DNA of 64,000 nucleotides from Nitrososphaeria archaeon (GTDB lineage: Archaea; Thermoproteota; Nitrososphaeria; JACIWG01): positions 1 to 64,000 of the forward strand of contig CAVVXT010000007.1 in the NCBI GenBank assembly GCA_963752255.1. The letters are read 5' to 3'. Each line of letters starts with the position of its first letter. The first letter of the stretch is position 1. Position numbers and translations under genes: made by a program. Under the pieces are notes generated by a model, which worked only from the letters and a program-made list of their open reading frames with translations, had not been told where the DNA came from and made no database searches. This document shows positions 60,359 through 64,000 of the stretch, one piece after another.

Positions 60359-60445
60359 CACATAAGAAGATTACCCATAATAAAGAACGATACGTTATTA
60401 GGCATTATCACGGCACGTGGCCTTGTTGAAGCGTACGCAAAGTGA
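60359..60445 (+). pseudogene. CBS-domain C-terminal fragment
   Basis: HIRRLPIIKNDTLLGIITARGLV, with no start. Confidence 0.65.
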
Positions 60446-60486
60446 ATTCAAAATTCCTTCCTCTTTCTTAGATTCAAGATAGGAAC

Positions 60487-60561
60487 TGGAGCCCCGAGCG
60501 GGGATTGAACCCGCGGCCTATTGCTTACGAGGCAATCGCTCCACCGCTGAGCTACCGGGGC
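60487..60561 (-). tRNA. tRNA-Thr(CGT), CCA encoded
   Basis: GCCCCGG/TCGGGGC, ATTGC-CTCGTAA-GCAAT, discriminator T then CCA. Confidence 0.95.
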
Positions 60562-60730
60562 ACGTTTTTGCTCTAAAAGCTCAAATTATTTAAGCTTAGT
60601 GCATGAAAAACAGGTAGAACGTTACTCACCCTAGAAAATTTTTATTTACAACGGAACTGCTAGCGTAAGACAGTTGAGTGTTCATTGGTGAAAAAAAGAG
60701 TAATACAAAAGAGTGAAGCGGTGGATCTTA

Positions 60731-61693
60731 ATGCTTGACGAGTGGAAAATCATAGAAATTATTATAAATACTGTAGGTCAACCTAAGAAACTTTTTTCTG
60801 AAATTGGAGACGATGTCGCCTGGACCAAAAGAGCTATGAAGAAAGAGAAGTTTGTAATTAAATGCGATATGCTCGTTGGGAAAACGGATATGCCGAAAGG
60901 TATGACACTTAGACAGGCGGCGAGAAAAAGTGTTGTAGCATGCATCAGTGACTTCGTTTGCAAAGGTGTTAAACCCTGGGGTGCACTTATTTCACTGGGT
61001 ATTCCAAGGGGGTTTACAGATGAAAACGTACTCGAGCTAGCTAATGGACTGAAGGACGCGAAGATCGAATATGGAATAGAAATTGTTGGAGGGGACACTA
61101 ATGAGACGTCAGACTTGGTCATCGACTGTGTGATGTTCGGGTGGGCCCGACGAATCGTTAGTAGAGAGGGTGCCTATAGCGATGAAGCGGTCTTAGCAAC
61201 GGGAGACTTCGGTCTGCCGCCTCTGGGGCTTGATATAATAAATGGAGTTAAGCAGATAAAGAGCCCGCGTCTAACTGAAAAAGCAATAAAGTCGGTGCTG
61301 TATCCTAATGTAAGAGTAGATTTTGGCCTAAACGCCAGCAGTAAAAAACTGATGACCTCCTCTATAGATTCTAGTGATGGCCTATCTATATCAATTTACG
61401 AAATAGCGCAGCGGAGCCATGTTGACATCTTCCTTGACGAGTTGCCAATCAATGACACTTTGAAGAATAATAACGAAGTCTCAGATAAGGAAAAGAGAGA
61501 TTACACATTATTTGGGGGGGAAGAATACGAGATAGTGTTTACATGCAAACTCAAGGACTATCCTAAGGTAACAAAAATAGCTGAAGAGACAGCAACACCT
61601 ATCAAAAAGATAGGTCGAACAGTAGAGGGGAACGGAAAAGTGTATTTTAACGACGAAATGCTCGCGAAGAAGGGCTGGGTTCACTTCAAATAA
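60731..61693 (+). CDS. thiL: Thiamine-monophosphate kinase
   Basis: IGDDVA, ISDFVCKG, VGGDT, IDSSDGL, GGEEYEIVFT, GWVHF. Confidence 0.93.
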   Translation: MLDEWKIIEIIINTVGQPKKLFSEIGDDVAWTKRAMKKEKFVIKCDMLVGKTDMPKGMTLRQAARKSVVACISDFVCKGVKPWGALISLGIPRGFTDENVLELANGLKDAKIEYGIEIVGGDTNETSDLVIDCVMFGWARRIVSREGAYSDEAVLATGDFGLPPLGLDIINGVKQIKSPRLTEKAIKSVLYPNVRVDFGLNASSKKLMTSSIDSSDGLSISIYEIAQRSHVDIFLDELPINDTLKNNNEVSDKEKRDYTLFGGEEYEIVFTCKLKDYPKVTKIAEETATPIKKIGRTVEGNGKVYFNDEMLAKKGWVHFK

Positions 61694-61760
61694 TTTCAAA
61701 TGAGACAACGAAAAGGGAAAGGTTTTTATCTCATCCTTTGAAAGCGTATAACGAGACGAT

Positions 61761-61943
61761 ATGTCTAAGAATTTCACAACAGGACAGACTTGGGGCGCCC
61801 TAAAGAAGGCGTGGAAAGGTTACAAGATTGCTAAAGTTCAGAGTGACAAAGCTAGAATGATGGAATACGCTAAAAGGATAAGGACTTTACAGGAAGAACT
61901 AAAGGTAGAGAAAGCGAAGTTCCCAGACTTAAACCTGTACTAA
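61761..61943 (+). CDS. Small hypothetical protein
   Basis: 60-aa helical ORF (WGALKKAWKGYKIA...YAKRIRTLQEEL), recalled as similar to small thaumarchaeal proteins. Confidence 0.75.
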   Translation: MSKNFTTGQTWGALKKAWKGYKIAKVQSDKARMMEYAKRIRTLQEELKVEKAKFPDLNLY

Positions 61944-62087
61944 GCTAAGCAAAGGGTGCCACCTCACTTTTTCTTTTTGTCCCAGTAAGATAACTAATGT
62001 TATATTCTATAAAATGTATTATCGTGGAAAAATATTTTTTTATTGTGAAAAAACTTAATTTAAAGGTTGTCAAGGAACCTTTATGAT

Positions 62088-62162
62088 GGGCTCGTGGCTC
62101 AGTTTGGATAGAGTACAGGCCCTCTAAGCCTGGGGTCGTGGGTTCAAATCCCACCGGGCCCG
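62088..62162 (+). tRNA. tRNA-Arg(TCT)
   Basis: GGGCTCG/CGGGCCC, CAGGC-CCTCTAA-GCCTG, TTCAAAT. Confidence 0.95.
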
Positions 62163-62225
62163 CTTTACCATTTTGGGATAGATTGCTATTTGGAATGATA
62201 TGCATGAGAAAGGATTGAAGATTAT

Positions 62226-62420
62226 TTAAAAGATGTCACCAATAGTTTTTGCTTTCTTAATCAGATCTATTTTTGTGTATTTTGGTGCCCTTGAAGCTTT
62301 ATTCTTGTCCTCTTTTACAAGTTTTATAGGGCCAACTTGTTCCTTCTTTCCAACAAACACTTCATATTGCAGTTTTTCATATCCAGGTCTGAATTGGGGA
62401 CATGAATTAAACGTATCCAA
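62226..62420 (-). CDS. Hypothetical protein (possibly a fragment)
   Basis: 64-aa ORF only. Confidence 0.35.
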   Translation of the reverse strand: MDTFNSCPQFRPGYEKLQYEVFVGKKEQVGPIKLVKEDKNKASRAPKYTKIDLIKKAKTIGDIF

Positions 62421-62458
62421 GAAGGCTCAAAAATATCTGCGTAGTCTATTTTAGGAGA

Positions 62459-62689
62459 TTACTTGGAGATAAAGTCGTCTAGATCGTTTGTTAGACTCCC
62501 AGTTTCCAAAATAAATTCCCTAACAATTTTGTCTATCTTCAACAGTTCTTCCATAATCTCGACCTTTATCAGCTGCCTAATCTTACCGATACCAGAATAC
62601 TTGGATTCGAGCTCCATTACTAGTTTCTCGGATTTGGCCTGAGCCTGCTTTGCAAGCGCAACTATGTTCCATGTGACTCTTGGTTGCAT
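62459..62689 (-). CDS. Hypothetical helical protein
   Basis: 76-aa ORF with amphipathic pattern. Confidence 0.55.
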   Translation of the reverse strand: MQPRVTWNIVALAKQAQAKSEKLVMELESKYSGIGKIRQLIKVEIMEELLKIDKIVREFILETGSLTNDLDDFISK

Positions 62690-62788
62690 CGTTAAAGATC
62701 CTTCGGAAGATGCAAGTTTAAGAATTGGTCTGGCTCATAAGAAAAGTTAATATCAGGTCGACATGTTCAAAGAATTAGCGGATAAGGT

Positions 62789-63934
62789 ATGACTGTTAAG
62801 AATATTGGAGTAGGAATGTTAGGTTATGCGTTTATGGGGAAAGCGCACTCTTATGCCTTCAAGAATATGCCTCTTTTCTTTCATCCTGCCCCCGCAATAC
62901 CAGAGCTGGTTTCGATCTTTGGTAGAACAGATTCTAAAGTCGCGGAAGCCGCGCAAAACTTTGGGTTCAAAAAATATACAACCGATTGGCACGAGGTAAT
63001 AGGGGATAAAGAAGTTGAAATTATCGATAACTGTCTTCCCAATGACATGCATCACGATGCATCCATAGAAGCTATTGAAGCAGGTAAACATGTGATATGC
63101 GAGAAACCTCTTGCAATGAACAGTAGGCAGGCAAAGGAAATGTGGGATGTCGCAAGAAAGAGCTCTGTAAAGTCTATGGTCGCTTTCAATTATAGATTCG
63201 TTCCAGCCGTTGGTCTAGCAAGGGAAATAGTAAGGTCAGAAAGACTGGGTAGGATCTACCATTTCAGGGCAAGATACCTTCAACAATGGCTTAGAAATCC
63301 TAACACTCCTCTAGTTTGGAGACTCGATAAAGAAAAGGCGGGAAGCGGACCTATAGGAGATCTCGGTAGCCACGTTTTTGACACCATTCGATTTGTAATG
63401 GGAGAAGTAAAAGCGGTTACAGCTATATCAAAGACGTTCGTCAAGGAAAGACCTTTGCCAACCGATAAAATGAAAAAGGGAAAGGTTTCTGTAGAAGATG
63501 CATTTGAGTCCATCGTTGAATTCGAGAATGGCGCAACAGGTACCGTTGAGGCATCGAGGATGGCAACAGGGAGAAAGAATTTTAACAACTTTGAGATCAA
63601 TGGAGAAAAGGGTTCGATAGAATTCGATATGGAAAGGCTCAACGAACTTCGTTTCTATTCAGAAGAAGGTGATGTAAGTACGATTGGCTGGAATAATATT
63701 CTTGTAACAGAAAGCGTTCACCCTTTCGTATCCCATTATTGGCCTTCGGGGCACGTAATCGGATGGGGAGATACATTCGTGAATGAGATATATCATTTTA
63801 TGGACGTTGTAGTCAACGATAAAAGAGTCGACCCTATTGGTGCGACGTTCGAGGATGGCTACAAGAATAATGTAATATTAGATGCTATCATACAATCTAC
63901 GTTAACAGGTAAAAAAATACCTATAGTGTTCTAA
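62789..63934 (+). CDS. Gfo/Idh/MocA family oxidoreductase
   Basis: GMLGYAFMGKAH, CEKPLA, FNYRF, GDLGSH. Confidence 0.94.
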   Translation: MTVKNIGVGMLGYAFMGKAHSYAFKNMPLFFHPAPAIPELVSIFGRTDSKVAEAAQNFGFKKYTTDWHEVIGDKEVEIIDNCLPNDMHHDASIEAIEAGKHVICEKPLAMNSRQAKEMWDVARKSSVKSMVAFNYRFVPAVGLAREIVRSERLGRIYHFRARYLQQWLRNPNTPLVWRLDKEKAGSGPIGDLGSHVFDTIRFVMGEVKAVTAISKTFVKERPLPTDKMKKGKVSVEDAFESIVEFENGATGTVEASRMATGRKNFNNFEINGEKGSIEFDMERLNELRFYSEEGDVSTIGWNNILVTESVHPFVSHYWPSGHVIGWGDTFVNEIYHFMDVVVNDKRVDPIGATFEDGYKNNVILDAIIQSTLTGKKIPIVF

Positions 63935-64000
63935 TGACGTAAACACTTTACAATAACGTATATTAAATCGCAAAAAAATATGTTTTATATATCAAATATA

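Noticed and set aside
61945-62205. 86-aa ORF
   Set aside because: Antisense translation across tRNA-Arg (GPVGFEPTT is the typical artefact).
1-64000. CRISPR array, cas genes, rRNA
   Set aside because: No regularly spaced repeat-spacer run, Cas motifs or rRNA-like sequence seen.

Overview
The window is composite. Bases 1 to ~2070 are a high-GC bacterial fragment with many frameshifts (FG-GAP repeat protein, YjbQ, TPR protein). It joins abruptly, mid-gene, to archaeal DNA of TACK type, most like a deep-branching Nitrososphaeria/Thaumarchaeota lineage (inference from gene content). The archaeal part holds a peptide ABC operon, thermosome, nadB-(pseudo nadA)-nadC, gcvPA/PB, a tRNA methylthiotransferase, an FtsZ-like protein, metG, purine salvage genes, the aIF2b-DUF424-aIF1A-Rio1-KH-top6B-top6A cluster, cysS, fba-pfp, thiL and seven tRNAs (two with BHB introns). 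The most striking part is a ~12 kb island (38270-50473) bounded by a tRNA-Glu 3'-end duplication. Nested in it is a 6.2 kb unit transposon (40337-46527) with perfect 52-bp IS6-type terminal inverted repeats. It carries a single SWIM/Zn-ribbon/DDE transposase, a divergent AbrB-like gene with a symmetric 12-bp-periodic operator array, and a Type IIB-like restriction-modification cargo. Separately, an 18-bp palindromic box sits in identical register next to the 3' ends of tRNA-Glu and tRNA-Leu(GAG) and next to displaced copies of those 3' ends, which suggests a retargetable tRNA-integration system. Several deletion scars indicate gene decay. Single-base frameshifts in conserved genes are probably sequencing errors. 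All calls come from reading motifs by eye; no database searches were run.
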